DNA from: a virus
Virus record (IMG/VR): IMGVR_UViG_3300008050_008852
Coordinates: 32,001-96,000 of that record
Length of the DNA stretch: 64,000 nucleotides
Strand: one strand, 5' to 3'
Below, one piece after another: positions 1-10,822 of the stretch. Each line of letters begins with the position of its first letter. Position 1 is the stretch's first letter. The position numbers were made by a program, and so were the translations under genes. A model generated the notes under the pieces. That model did not search any database. It saw nothing but the letters and a program-made list of their open reading frames with translations, and was not told the origin of the DNA.

Positions 1-1
1 T

Positions 2-148
2 ACTGTTGGACCAATGTTGACAAAGTATTTAGAGCGAATGAATAAGTCAAATGATCAGCTTTTAAAGCTTGCCGAATTGATATCAAAATCAGAAGAAAAT
101 TCAGGAAAAATTAATTCCGACGATATTTTCTCACAGATTTCGGAGTAA
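2..148 (+). CDS. 3' end of a small hypothetical protein, truncated by the window start
   Basis: Open frame TVGPMLTKYLERMNKSNDQLLKLAELISKSEENSGKINSDDIFSQISE* ends at TAA 146-148, 2 nt before the next ATG. Confidence 0.75.
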   Translation, partial: TVGPMLTKYLERMNKSNDQLLKLAELISKSEENSGKINSDDIFSQISE

Positions 149-150
149 AT

Positions 151-1701
151 ATGGCAGAGATTACACAGGGCCCTCAAAATCCTATTGGGGCAGGTAGTTC
201 TATATATAAAGCTGTTGTCTTGGATGTTATTAATGATTTATCACAAATTAATAAACACGCTGCCACAATGCAGATCAGATATAAGGTAAAGAATTCTACT
301 CGAATTTTAGAGGCTCCACTTAATTCATGTATTATTAAATTTTATGGTACTTCTGGGCCTATAGGTGAAAATGGTATAGTTGCTTATCCATTCTTTCCAC
401 CCCATTTAGCCTTACCAGTTAAACCAGGGGAAGTTGTTTGGGTTATTTCACCACCCTTAAATTCTCCAAGCCCAGAGGATTGTTTTTGGGTTTGTAGGAT
501 TACTGCCAACAATAAAAGCGACGATATTAATTTTACACATTTATTTCGTCAATCAAAAACACCACCACCAAGCGAATTAATTCCTACAAGCGAAAAACTA
601 GTATCAGCCCAGGCAGGTCAATTTATTACAAACATCGTTGAAGGTTTTCAGAATAGTCTGGGTGGTGAACCAATTTTAAAAACCGGCCCCAATCCTGAAA
701 TAAATCCATTTGATACGATTGTGACACAATCTATTGCTAGAAAAACGTTTGTTGGCGAACCGGCACCTTATTTTTCAAAACGACCTAGTGATTTAATAAT
801 TCAAGGCAGCAATAATTCGTTAATTTGTCTTGGCCAAGATAGAGCTTATGATTTTGATTTTGATGGTGCATACTTAAGTGGGCTAACGGGTAGTCTATCA
901 ACAACAAAACCAGCACTAGGGACAGGAACAATTGATATTGTTACCGGTCGTTCTAGGTATATGCCTTTAAGTTCTACAACGGCAAAAACCAATGGTACAG
1001 AATCAGAACGAACTGGTATTAAGACAAAAGTAAATACAAGAGAATATAACGAAATTGACAAAAGAAGCTTCAACCCCCCATCCGGTGAGCTAGACTTCAC
1101 GGTAGATGCTTCTAGAATTTATGTTTCAATGAAAACAAATGGTGATAAGTGTTTTGGTTTGACATCTGAGCTTGGCAGAATGCCTGTAGGGTTTGTTAGT
1201 GGTTCAATAGTCCCCGTTGATGATGCGGCATATATTACATTAAAGTCAGATGAACTTCGTTTAATTGCTAGAAAACAAAATGAAAATGAATATTTTCCAG
1301 AATCAACCAATCCTGAGATAAATGGCAGTATTAAAATTATAAAAGAAGGTGTCGTTAATGAAGATTTCGCAGCCGTGATGTTATTACCTGATGGCACAAT
1401 TCAAATTAATGGTTCGAAGATTTTCTTAGGAAGAACTATTGCTGATGGTGGCATCGGCGGCGGCCCTGGTGAAGATGAATCACAACCATATGTCAAGTAT
1501 CAAGATTTAGAAAATCTTTGGAATGCAACAATGGACGCGCTTGACAGTTTTTGCCAGACTCTCTCAACTCATACAACACCAGGTTATGGCGCGCCATCAC
1601 CACAGATTATTGAAGCAGCCGCCACCCTAAAAGCTGAAATTGCCTCTGCGCTAAAGCCAGATATTGTAAATATACAGTCGACAAGAATTTTTGGAGAGTG
1701 A
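151..1701 (+). CDS. Putative baseplate hub/central spike protein (gp5/gpV-like)
   Basis: N-terminal OB-fold-like motif (YPFFPPHLALPVKPGEVVWV), beta-strand-rich C-half, C-terminal THTTPGYGAPSP apex-like motif; lies upstream of the gp25- and gp6-like genes. Confidence 0.55.
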   Translation: MAEITQGPQNPIGAGSSIYKAVVLDVINDLSQINKHAATMQIRYKVKNSTRILEAPLNSCIIKFYGTSGPIGENGIVAYPFFPPHLALPVKPGEVVWVISPPLNSPSPEDCFWVCRITANNKSDDINFTHLFRQSKTPPPSELIPTSEKLVSAQAGQFITNIVEGFQNSLGGEPILKTGPNPEINPFDTIVTQSIARKTFVGEPAPYFSKRPSDLIIQGSNNSLICLGQDRAYDFDFDGAYLSGLTGSLSTTKPALGTGTIDIVTGRSRYMPLSSTTAKTNGTESERTGIKTKVNTREYNEIDKRSFNPPSGELDFTVDASRIYVSMKTNGDKCFGLTSELGRMPVGFVSGSIVPVDDAAYITLKSDELRLIARKQNENEYFPESTNPEINGSIKIIKEGVVNEDFAAVMLLPDGTIQINGSKIFLGRTIADGGIGGGPGEDESQPYVKYQDLENLWNATMDALDSFCQTLSTHTTPGYGAPSPQIIEAAATLKAEIASALKPDIVNIQSTRIFGE

Positions 1702-1704
1702 GAT

Positions 1705-2499
1705 ATGCCTCTTGGTTCTGCCGTGACAGGCTTATTAAATGGTGTACAGTCGGCTTATGAGAACGCGGTTGATAATGGCTCTGAGAATAACAACACCAAC
1801 GAAACACTTCGGTCACTGGCAAGCGATTTTGGTGATGCCATTGATATATACTATTCCTCTGCAGACGTTTTTACTGACGTAACGATAGATTCAGGTCAGA
1901 GTGATTCTGTTGGTGGAAGTACAGTATCGGAAGGTCAAGGCTTAGGAACTGGTTTTTTGGAAAGTTTAGATATAGATATTTTAAAGAGTGATTTATATCA
2001 AGCTTTCAAAACAGCCGCCGACACGGGAGCAACTACAGATCCCATTCCTCACCTGGCCCAAGATATTGGGAACGCAATTCATGCGTATATGATATCCCCT
2101 ACAGTTGTAACGTCTGTTAACACTCCTGGTGGGCAGACATCAAACGCAGCCGCTGCAACGGCAAATCCAGTCGGTGCTGTAGCATCTCCTGGAACAGGCA
2201 TCGGCGAGGGAAAAGTCAGCTTTGAATCAGGTGATGTTAGTACATTAAAGTCAGATGTTGAAACTGCGTATAATACTGCAAAGTCAAATGGTGAAACTGG
2301 ATCATCATTAGAGACACTGGCTTTTGATATCCACACCGCCGTTCATCTCTTCGCATTAAGTGCTATTATCAATACAGGTGTAGATATTTTTCCAGGACAG
2401 GTGGTTGCAGGTTACATGGTGCTCGCCGGTGTAGCTCCTGTCCCATTACCTGCAGTTACACTCATGGGTGCCGGCACAGGAGAAGGTACAATTAGTTAG
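1705..2499 (+). CDS. Hypothetical virion protein with three internal ~85-aa repeats
   Basis: 264 aa. The pattern (S/Q/T)A(Y/F)..A...G...LA.D...A.....V.T.V....GQ...G.G.G recurs three times. Confidence 0.6.
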   Translation: MPLGSAVTGLLNGVQSAYENAVDNGSENNNTNETLRSLASDFGDAIDIYYSSADVFTDVTIDSGQSDSVGGSTVSEGQGLGTGFLESLDIDILKSDLYQAFKTAADTGATTDPIPHLAQDIGNAIHAYMISPTVVTSVNTPGGQTSNAAAATANPVGAVASPGTGIGEGKVSFESGDVSTLKSDVETAYNTAKSNGETGSSLETLAFDIHTAVHLFALSAIINTGVDIFPGQVVAGYMVLAGVAPVPLPAVTLMGAGTGEGTIS

Positions 2500-2541
2500 C
2501 GACGAAAAACTTAATTGGCATATTTAAGATATGGAGAAATA

Positions 2542-3033
2542 ATGGCTGGTGCAACAACATATGATTTTGGTTCTGTAGGTGATAGATTACCTACACTTCG
2601 AAGCCATGAACAGACTTTTGATGATCCAGTTAAGATAAATTTTAATCCGGCAACTCCGCTTAAATTATCAACCAACAAGTCAGATTTATTTGTTATGAAC
2701 ACAGATCTCGGTGATGCTATAGCTGATAATTTAAAAAACTTATTATTGACCAATCGCGGTGAGAGGATCATGGAACCAGATTTTGGTGCAAATTTAAAAT
2801 CTATCTTGACTGAATTTGGGACTTCTGGCTTTGAGGGTGAGGTCATGGCAAGAATAAAAACATCGGTGGCGAAATATTTGCCATATGTTATATTACAACA
2901 AATGAAATTAGAGAAGCTACCAGCACCAATATCATCAGGTCTTGTTATTATACGCATAGAAATAATGTACTCTGTTGCTAAAGCAAATTTATCAAATCAG
3001 CAAATGACAATTACACTGAATACAGTCGCATAA
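2542..3033 (+). CDS. Baseplate wedge/sheath-initiator protein, GPW/gp25 family
   Basis: Family motif NLKNLLLTNRGERIMEPDFGANL...KYLPYV. ATG 2542 is preceded by GGAG, so it is preferred over the TTG at 2515. Confidence 0.9.
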   Translation: MAGATTYDFGSVGDRLPTLRSHEQTFDDPVKINFNPATPLKLSTNKSDLFVMNTDLGDAIADNLKNLLLTNRGERIMEPDFGANLKSILTEFGTSGFEGEVMARIKTSVAKYLPYVILQQMKLEKLPAPISSGLVIIRIEIMYSVAKANLSNQQMTITLNTVA

Positions 3034-3049
3034 ATTGGATATTCTATAA

Positions 3050-4888
3050 ATGGCAAAAAACACAAAAAATATAAAGAAAGAAACCGAAAAGAATTATCTT
3101 GCAAAAGATTATAACTCTTTTAAACAGGAATTGGCTTCATATGCCAAGACATACTTTTCTGATAAAAATTCTGATTTTTCTGAGGCTAGCCTTGGTGGGA
3201 TGTTTGTAGATCTTGCAGCATATATCGGCGATAGCATGTCGTTCTTTTTAGATCATCAATTTAACGAATTAAATCCGCTTACGGCGATAGAATCAGTCAA
3301 TGTTCTTGCACACGCTAAAAACGCAGGTGTAAAAATAACTGGTGCATCGCCTGCAAGTGCTGACGTCGATATTTTTATTGAAGTTCCAGCAATTAAAACT
3401 AGAGGTCGTTATAGACCATCACGCCTATCGCTTCCAATTATTCTAGAAGGAACGACATGTAAATCAACATCTGGTATAACGTTTACAACAACAGAAGATA
3501 TAGATTTTTCTGAAGTAGATTTTAATGGCGAATATACATGCCAAGCTACAGTTTCACAAATTAATTCTTCTGGTAATCCAGCGTACTTTATTTTAACAAA
3601 ACCTGTTGGGGTGACATCTGGAAAATTAAATATAGAATCAATTCCAGTCGGATCCGCGTCCGGTTTTAAGAAAATAACACTAGCAAATACAAATGTATCA
3701 GAAATTATATCAATTGTTGATCTTGATGGAAACGTATATTATGAAGTAGATTACTTAACTCAGAACACTGTTTTTAAAAAGACTAAAAATATAAGTTCTG
3801 ATCAATTTGAGGTTCCTGCTGTATTAGAAGTTATTAATGCTAGCAGAAGATTTATTTCACAAACAGATTATAATACAATGTTAACTACGTTGACTTTTGG
3901 ATCTGGTGATCCAGATTTAAGTGACAATGATATAATTCCAGACCCATCAGAATTGGCTTTACCACTATATGGTAGATCGACATTCCAGCGCTTCTCGATT
4001 GATCCAAAGAATTTATTGCGCTCAAAGACTTTGGGCACTTCGCCAGTAAATACAACTTTAATAATTACATATAGATCCGGTGGTGGCCTATCTCACAATG
4101 TCTCAGCCGAATCAATTAAATTTATTGATAATCTTAGAATTGAATTTCCAAAAAATGCTTCATCAATTATTTCGTCAGGTGTTGTTAATTCAATCGATGT
4201 AAAAAATAAATCCGCCGCAGCCGGCGGCATGCGAAGACCAAATTTGGCAGAATTAAGGTCACAAATATTTTCGTCCCGCAATGAACAATCTAGAATTGTT
4301 ACTAACGATGATTTGTTGGCCCGTCTATATACTCTCCCAGTTCAATTTGGCAAAGTGTTTCGAGCTTCTATCCGAAAATCTTCTAGAAACCCCCTCGCCT
4401 CGGAATTATATATGATTTGTCAAGATAGATCTGGTAATTTAACTATAGCTCCTGATACACTAAAAAGAAACATAGCAATATACTTGAATGAATTTAGATT
4501 AATATCTGATGCAATTGATGTTTTAGATACAACAGTTGTAAACTATGGTGTAGAGTACTCAATAGTTGTGACACCAGAATCGAACAAATCAATTGTTTCG
4601 TCAATGGTTGCAAAATCAATTGCTTTGTTAACAGATATTAATTCATATCAAATTGATCAACCATTAATTGAGGCAGATTTTATAAATGCCATTATCAATA
4701 CACCTGGGGTTTTGTCGCTACAAGATTTTACGTTTTTTAATAGATCTGGAAAGATATCTGGTAAAAATTACAGCAGCTATAGCTATGACTTACAATCTAA
4801 TAAATTTAAAGGTATGATAGTTGGTCCACCTGGATCAATATTTGAATTAAAATATTCATCATTTGACATTGTTGGGAGCGCAGAGTAA
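3050..4888 (+). CDS. Baseplate wedge subunit (T4 gp6/baseplate J-like)
   Basis: N-terminal YLAKDYNSFKQEL...SDFSEASLGGMFVDLAAYIGD, plus LTFGSG, ITYRSGGG and QSRIVTNDD motifs; follows the gp25-like gene. Confidence 0.85.
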   Translation: MAKNTKNIKKETEKNYLAKDYNSFKQELASYAKTYFSDKNSDFSEASLGGMFVDLAAYIGDSMSFFLDHQFNELNPLTAIESVNVLAHAKNAGVKITGASPASADVDIFIEVPAIKTRGRYRPSRLSLPIILEGTTCKSTSGITFTTTEDIDFSEVDFNGEYTCQATVSQINSSGNPAYFILTKPVGVTSGKLNIESIPVGSASGFKKITLANTNVSEIISIVDLDGNVYYEVDYLTQNTVFKKTKNISSDQFEVPAVLEVINASRRFISQTDYNTMLTTLTFGSGDPDLSDNDIIPDPSELALPLYGRSTFQRFSIDPKNLLRSKTLGTSPVNTTLIITYRSGGGLSHNVSAESIKFIDNLRIEFPKNASSIISSGVVNSIDVKNKSAAAGGMRRPNLAELRSQIFSSRNEQSRIVTNDDLLARLYTLPVQFGKVFRASIRKSSRNPLASELYMICQDRSGNLTIAPDTLKRNIAIYLNEFRLISDAIDVLDTTVVNYGVEYSIVVTPESNKSIVSSMVAKSIALLTDINSYQIDQPLIEADFINAIINTPGVLSLQDFTFFNRSGKISGKNYSSYSYDLQSNKFKGMIVGPPGSIFELKYSSFDIVGSAE

Positions 4889-6429
4889 TGTATCTAATTT
4901 ATACTGGAAGCAAAGACACTTATATTACAAACAAGATCATTGATGGCGCCTTCTCTGCTTCTGATGCTAATGTCGGCCAAGCAGGTACTATTGATATATT
5001 TAAGCTCTATGATGAAACATCATTAAATGGTACAACTAAGTTGGCGGAGATATCTAGAGGTCTTATTAAGTTTGATTTATTACCACTACACGCTTTAACA
5101 GGCTCATCCATCGACGTTAATGCAAGTTCATTTAGCGCAAAGATTAAATTACATAATTTGCTTGCCGGAACAGCCACACCATCGAATTTTACGCTTGTCA
5201 TTGCTCCACTATCTAGATCGTTTACTGAAGGTACCGGCCGTGATCTTTCTGCGTTTGCTGATTTAGATGTTGCGAATTTTTACACCTCGTCTATGAGTTC
5301 TGGTTCTCCAGTGACATGGCATTTATCGGGTGCAAATAAGGGTGGCTTGCTTGATTCCAGTAATATTGACTATATAATTTCTGGTACAATTGATGGAACC
5401 TTGCAGTCTTTATCACCAGAACAGACATTTGTTGATGGCACCGAAGACTTATTTATTGATGTCACAACTATAGTTTCTGCTACCTTGGCTGGAAACATTC
5501 CAGATCACGGTTTTAGACTGGCGTTCACCGGTAGTGAGGAAAATGATGCAAAATCTAGGTTTGTAAAACGCTTTGCAAGCCTACAGTCGTCTAACCCTTT
5601 AAAATACCCTACGCTTCATATTACATATGATGATTCAATATCTGATGCTACAAATAATTTTGTTTTTGATTCATCCGGATCAATGTATTTAAACAACTTT
5701 GTTCGTGGTACAAGAACAAATTTTGTGTCAGGAACAGCCGCATCAGATATTACTGGTGCTAATTGCATGCTATTACGCCTTGAAAAAAATGATTTTGAGA
5801 AAACTTATGCAGTCTCCCAAGTATCCGAAGGTACAGATAGTACATTAGTATCTGGTCTATATTCGGCATCTTTTGCATTATCGTTGGCCAATCAAACTAA
5901 AATAAATAATTCGAATGAAACAGTATTAAATTTTGTAAATGCTAGTGGTTCTATTACGTTTGACGCAATATGGTGCTCAAATGATGAAACTGTCGGGTTT
6001 CATACTGGTTCACTTGAAATAACCAGATCAAAATCAACCATGTCAAATTCAGCTCCTGCAGACTTTATAATAAAATCAGTATCAATGCCTTCAACAATTA
6101 ATATTGATGAAGAATTAAGAGTACTCTTTTTTGTTGTTGATAAAAATATTAAACGGAAAGCCAGTAAGATACCACATAGATTAGCTAGCGTACCACTACA
6201 GCAAGTTTATTACCAAATTCGTGATATTGGCTCTAATCAAATTGTTGTTCCATTTGAAACAATAAATTCTGGTACAAAATTATCGAATGATACTTCAGGT
6301 CTATATTTCGACCTCCGTGCCAACACCCTTCAAGCCGGCTATAGCTATACTATTGACCTGCTTGTAAAAGATTTTGATAGACAAAGAATAATCACCGGTG
6401 TTTGCCAGAGCTTTAAGGTAATTAAATAA
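4888..6429 (+). CDS. Virion structural protein, possibly a DNRLRE-like beta-sandwich
   Basis: KDTYI...SRGLIKFDL...DLFIDVT.IV...DHGFRL...FASLQSSNPLKYPTLHITYDD pattern; translationally coupled to the gp6-like gene. Confidence 0.55.
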   Translation: MYLIYTGSKDTYITNKIIDGAFSASDANVGQAGTIDIFKLYDETSLNGTTKLAEISRGLIKFDLLPLHALTGSSIDVNASSFSAKIKLHNLLAGTATPSNFTLVIAPLSRSFTEGTGRDLSAFADLDVANFYTSSMSSGSPVTWHLSGANKGGLLDSSNIDYIISGTIDGTLQSLSPEQTFVDGTEDLFIDVTTIVSATLAGNIPDHGFRLAFTGSEENDAKSRFVKRFASLQSSNPLKYPTLHITYDDSISDATNNFVFDSSGSMYLNNFVRGTRTNFVSGTAASDITGANCMLLRLEKNDFEKTYAVSQVSEGTDSTLVSGLYSASFALSLANQTKINNSNETVLNFVNASGSITFDAIWCSNDETVGFHTGSLEITRSKSTMSNSAPADFIIKSVSMPSTINIDEELRVLFFVVDKNIKRKASKIPHRLASVPLQQVYYQIRDIGSNQIVVPFETINSGTKLSNDTSGLYFDLRANTLQAGYSYTIDLLVKDFDRQRIITGVCQSFKVIK

Positions 6430-9400
6430 TGGCTCGAAAAGGTGTAACAATAACAAATTCAGGCTTATTTAGTACCTCAACTGTATCTGATTTTTCCGCA
6501 CCGGGTGGGCGCACAAGTTTTGATGGCTTGGCTTCATTATCTGGTTCTATAACAACCGGAAGTTCAGTGTTTGAAGATTTTTCTTCCGCGCTTAAATCAA
6601 CACAACAAATTCCGATAGATTGGTCAAAATTTGAAAAACATACGTTTTTTGATTCTGCTGAGAGTAAAATAAATGTTGCGTTCGATACAATTATTAACTT
6701 TTATCCATTCGACAGTCCAGAGTCAGAACGAGCAGAATATATTCAAGGCCTAACCGGATTCGAAAAATATATATATGATACACTCTGGCCAAAGCATAAA
6801 GGGTATTTACATTTTTCTGGAACACAAAAGGGTGAAGATCCATCAGCCGGCCATGCCCCGAATTTAGGTAGTCATATAAGTATTGTTGATCAAGCCGGTA
6901 ATTTATATCCAACCATTAGCAAGAGATCTGATGCTGCTCCAATTATTGATTTTTCTTCTTCCCCATTTACATGCGCGTTTCATTTAAATTTACCGCCACA
7001 GGCAAATGATAATGCCACAATTATACAGAAATTAACACAAAGCCATGGCTTTTCACTTTTTATAAGTGAATCAGCCAGTTTAACAGAAGCCTCTGTTGTA
7101 TTTGCAATTTCGTCTGGTTCGACCGCGATTAGCGCTAGCGTCGCGTTTGAAAAATCAAGTACTGATTTTCATCACTGTGCCGCAGTGCTGACCCGCCGTA
7201 TAAACGAAAATCCTGGGTTATTAATTTATAAAGACGGCCGACTTCTTGCTACATCTTCACAAACTGCCAATATTGGACAATTAAACTTTAAGACAGCAAA
7301 TATTCTAATTGGCTCAGGCTCTAGTCATAATTTGGGTACGTATTCAACAACATTTGATGCCATAACAACATTTTCTGGTTCATTAGATGATTTAAGACTT
7401 TATAAGACTGAGAAAAATATTACTCAAATAAAAAATATAGCTTCAGGAACATATGGTCACGTTCCTGATTTATTGGCATATTATAAATTTAATGAAGCCA
7501 CCGGTTCGTATGACAACAATGAGATAGTTTTAGATCACTCTGGTAATTCACTACATGGTTCAATTACTAATTATACTTCAAGCTTAAGGGTTAAGGGCGA
7601 TCTTGTTGATCCAATGCCTAATGAAGATATTGATAATAATCCCGTTCTATTCCCTTCGTTTCCTAAACTAGTCGCATTAAATAGAAATTTGTTATTAACT
7701 GCGTCAAATTATGACGCAAATAACCCTAATCTTATTACAAAAATGATTCCTCGACATTATCTTGAAGAGGAAGCATATACGATGGGTTATCCAAATGCCC
7801 GAGCCGGCTTAGGTGAAGAGTACTCCTATACATCTGATTTTCCTGGCGGTGGTGATCCAGGATCACCGCAATTGATTGCTTCATTATTGTTTATGTGGGC
7901 TAAATTTTTCGATGAAATAAAATTATTCATTGATCACTTTGGATCGTTATTAAAAATAGATTATGATGACCCCGGAACAGTTGCTGATGTAATGTTACCA
8001 TTTTTTGCAAAGTATTATGGCATCGCTCTACCAAATATGTTTTCAGATGCAACTGCAGAGCAGTATCTTAAAGGTCAAAATGTTCTGTTAGATGCTCAAA
8101 AGTCAGATATGAGTCTTGCTAAAATTCAAGCTACAATCTGGCGTCGTATTTTAATAAATATTCAGGATTCAATTAGATCTAAGGGAACAATTCACGGTAT
8201 AAAGTCAGTCATGCGCGCCACTGGAATTAATCCAGATACAATGTTTAGATTTAGAGAATCTGGTGGCCCTCGTGAATTAAGCATTACGGATTCTAGAATA
8301 TTTAGAAATGAAACGAGTTCTATGCTTCATTTTGCTTCTTCGAGTATACTAGTTAGTAAGTTTTTAAGTGGAAGTAGAGTCGAACCAGGTCTACCAATAA
8401 TATCCACCGAAGGAACAATGGTTGAAAAAACTGTTACTTCACCTCATGGTATATCAAATTGGAAATGGGATGGTTTATTCACTAGTGGTTCTTGGACAAC
8501 TGAATTTATAACCAAACAAAATCCACCAAAATTAATCACATCTGCATCAATAAGTAGAATGTGTTCAACAGGTTCGCTTGGTCTAACAATGCTATCAAAT
8601 TGCATTGCTGTCGGAGCAAGTAAAAAAACAACCTCAACTGGTTCATTAACATTATTTCATAATCCAGTTGGTATATCTGGTATATCTCCACTTGAGCTTC
8701 ATTTAACTGGTACAGATATATTTGATGGAGGTATCTGGCACATTTCTTATGGAAGAGAAGTCCAGCAAGATATGACGGCCAGCTATTTCCTCCGCGCCGG
8801 TAGACAATCCAACGGTACATTGACAGAATATAAGTCAGTGTCAACAACGGCTAGCTTTGGTGTTGAGGATCTCTATTCAAGCGGATCCACTCAGGCAAAT
8901 GTATCTGGTTCATTTATGCAATTTGGTACATCACAATTTGACACATTCTCTGCTGGCTTAAACAATGCCGCAGTTACGTCTCATGCAAAGGTAAGCACAT
9001 GTACAGGTTCGGTCGGTAGAATTCGGTTTTGGTCAAAGGCACTAACTCCCGCTGAGACAAAGGAACATATAAGGAATTTTAAATCCGTCGGTGTCGAAGA
9101 TCCTCTTTTAAACTTTAATTTTGTTGTAAATAGTTCTGGTTCATTTGAACGTATGCGCTTTGATGCTCAATGTGATCAAATAACAACGTCCTCTGATACT
9201 CTTGGAAATGTTGATATTTTCGACTATTCACAAAACAATTTCCATATGTCAGGAACCTTGTTTCCAGCTGCAAAAGAAATAATAAAGCCTCAAGATTTTA
9301 GATTTTCTTCATTAAATACAAAATTTGATGAGCGCTCAACAACAAACAAGATTAGAATAGCCGGTTTCTTGGCTGATGAAAACATTGAAATGTTCAATAC

Positions 9401-9875
9401 TTTGAAGTCTCCAGTAAGAACAATTCCACTTGGTACACCAGTCGAAGATGATACAAGATTTTCTATAGAAATATCGTCTTGTAAGGCTTTAAATGACGAT
9501 ATTATTTTGCTGCTTGGAACTCTTGATTTCTTTAATGATGCCTTGGGATCACCAGAATTAATGTTTGCACAAGATTACCCTAATATCATTGCTTTAAGAC
9601 AAGTTTATTTTAATAGATTAACAGGTAAGATTAATTACAAAAATTTAGTATCATTCTATAAATGGGTCGACGATACAATTGGTTTTTTAATAAATAGAAT
9701 GATACCAAGTAATACGAGTTTTCATGGTATGAATTTTGTAATTGAATCTCATATGCTTGAAAGAAGTAAGCTTAGATATTTACAGGAAGATATTTATTTA
9801 GGTGAGAATGATCGTAGAGGCCTACAAACAGATCTTAATCTGCAACAAGTAGTAGGTCAATTAAAGAGGTTTTAG
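6429..9875 (+). CDS. Large baseplate protein with LamG/concanavalin-like domains and a gp7/P2 gpI-like segment
   Basis: LamG motifs FSGSLDDLRLY and LLAYYKFNE...VLDHSGNSLHG; wedge-like motif IWRRILINIQDSIRSKGTIHGIKSVMRATGI. Confidence 0.65.
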   Translation: MARKGVTITNSGLFSTSTVSDFSAPGGRTSFDGLASLSGSITTGSSVFEDFSSALKSTQQIPIDWSKFEKHTFFDSAESKINVAFDTIINFYPFDSPESERAEYIQGLTGFEKYIYDTLWPKHKGYLHFSGTQKGEDPSAGHAPNLGSHISIVDQAGNLYPTISKRSDAAPIIDFSSSPFTCAFHLNLPPQANDNATIIQKLTQSHGFSLFISESASLTEASVVFAISSGSTAISASVAFEKSSTDFHHCAAVLTRRINENPGLLIYKDGRLLATSSQTANIGQLNFKTANILIGSGSSHNLGTYSTTFDAITTFSGSLDDLRLYKTEKNITQIKNIASGTYGHVPDLLAYYKFNEATGSYDNNEIVLDHSGNSLHGSITNYTSSLRVKGDLVDPMPNEDIDNNPVLFPSFPKLVALNRNLLLTASNYDANNPNLITKMIPRHYLEEEAYTMGYPNARAGLGEEYSYTSDFPGGGDPGSPQLIASLLFMWAKFFDEIKLFIDHFGSLLKIDYDDPGTVADVMLPFFAKYYGIALPNMFSDATAEQYLKGQNVLLDAQKSDMSLAKIQATIWRRILINIQDSIRSKGTIHGIKSVMRATGINPDTMFRFRESGGPRELSITDSRIFRNETSSMLHFASSSILVSKFLSGSRVEPGLPIISTEGTMVEKTVTSPHGISNWKWDGLFTSGSWTTEFITKQNPPKLITSASISRMCSTGSLGLTMLSNCIAVGASKKTTSTGSLTLFHNPVGISGISPLELHLTGTDIFDGGIWHISYGREVQQDMTASYFLRAGRQSNGTLTEYKSVSTTASFGVEDLYSSGSTQANVSGSFMQFGTSQFDTFSAGLNNAAVTSHAKVSTCTGSVGRIRFWSKALTPAETKEHIRNFKSVGVEDPLLNFNFVVNSSGSFERMRFDAQCDQITTSSDTLGNVDIFDYSQNNFHMSGTLFPAAKEIIKPQDFRFSSLNTKFDERSTTNKIRIAGFLADENIEMFNTLKSPVRTIPLGTPVEDDTRFSIEISSCKALNDDIILLLGTLDFFNDALGSPELMFAQDYPNIIALRQVYFNRLTGKINYKNLVSFYKWVDDTIGFLINRMIPSNTSFHGMNFVIESHMLERSKLRYLQEDIYLGENDRRGLQTDLNLQQVVGQLKRF

Positions 9876-10822
9876 TGACAACAATTACTCCGCCTTTCAC
9901 TGGCTCATATGCTATAAACCTTCAAGGTATAAATGTTTCGAGTTTTGATTTATTCGGAATGTCGATTTCACCTAAACTTGGAAGAAATGGTATAAAGACA
10001 TTTTTATCATCAAGTACAACAATTCTTGATGTGTCGCAAAATGCTAGAACGTTTTTTGATGATTCAATTCGTCTTCCAAAGCAAATTAGTTCTATTACTG
10101 CCTTATCATCTAGTAACGTTGAGGTAATATCTGACGATACATTTAAGGTTCAACAATTTCCAAATTATATGCTTTCTAGACAAACATTTGGGCTAGAAAG
10201 AAACGATCAAGGTGGTCCTTTTACTGAACTTGATTCGTACAGCGCAGTAAGTTATATCAAAGAGCAAACTGATTATTTGGCACCTGTAATAATTGATTCG
10301 CCATCAACAATAGATATATCAGAATTTTCTGGTGTAATAGAACCATTTGCTCTCCGAAAAGTGATAGATAACGCTTCAACGTTTTTAGGAACCTTTGATG
10401 ATCCTGAACCCACAGGTGTACGAGGTTCTTTGGATTCTGGTATTAGCCAAACAGATAGAAAAACAAAAACAGTAAAGTCAGATAATTTTTATGATATAAG
10501 ACAAAGTACTAGCAATTATTTTGAAGAAGTTGGCCTCCGCCCAGAAGATGAATTATTTGCTGGTGATTCTTTTACACTTGAGGTACCACTAGAATCTGTT
10601 GATATTGTCACCGTAGTACCATTTATTGATACGACATCAATTAATGAATCATATAACAATATAACGAGTGTTGAAATTAAGAATATTTTAATAAGTAGTT
10701 CGCTACGTTCTGATTTACCAAATGGCTTTCCGGGGTTAAATTTTAAAAGTGCACCGACAGGCTTTGAGTATGATAATTCTAGAGGCGTCGATTCAATTAC
10801 ATACGGCGGACAATTAAAGTGA
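9875..10822 (+). CDS. Hypothetical structural protein
   Basis: 315-aa ORF with GTG start, overlapping both neighbours in the baseplate operon. Confidence 0.6.
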   Translation: MTTITPPFTGSYAINLQGINVSSFDLFGMSISPKLGRNGIKTFLSSSTTILDVSQNARTFFDDSIRLPKQISSITALSSSNVEVISDDTFKVQQFPNYMLSRQTFGLERNDQGGPFTELDSYSAVSYIKEQTDYLAPVIIDSPSTIDISEFSGVIEPFALRKVIDNASTFLGTFDDPEPTGVRGSLDSGISQTDRKTKTVKSDNFYDIRQSTSNYFEEVGLRPEDELFAGDSFTLEVPLESVDIVTVVPFIDTTSINESYNNITSVEIKNILISSSLRSDLPNGFPGLNFKSAPTGFEYDNSRGVDSITYGGQLK

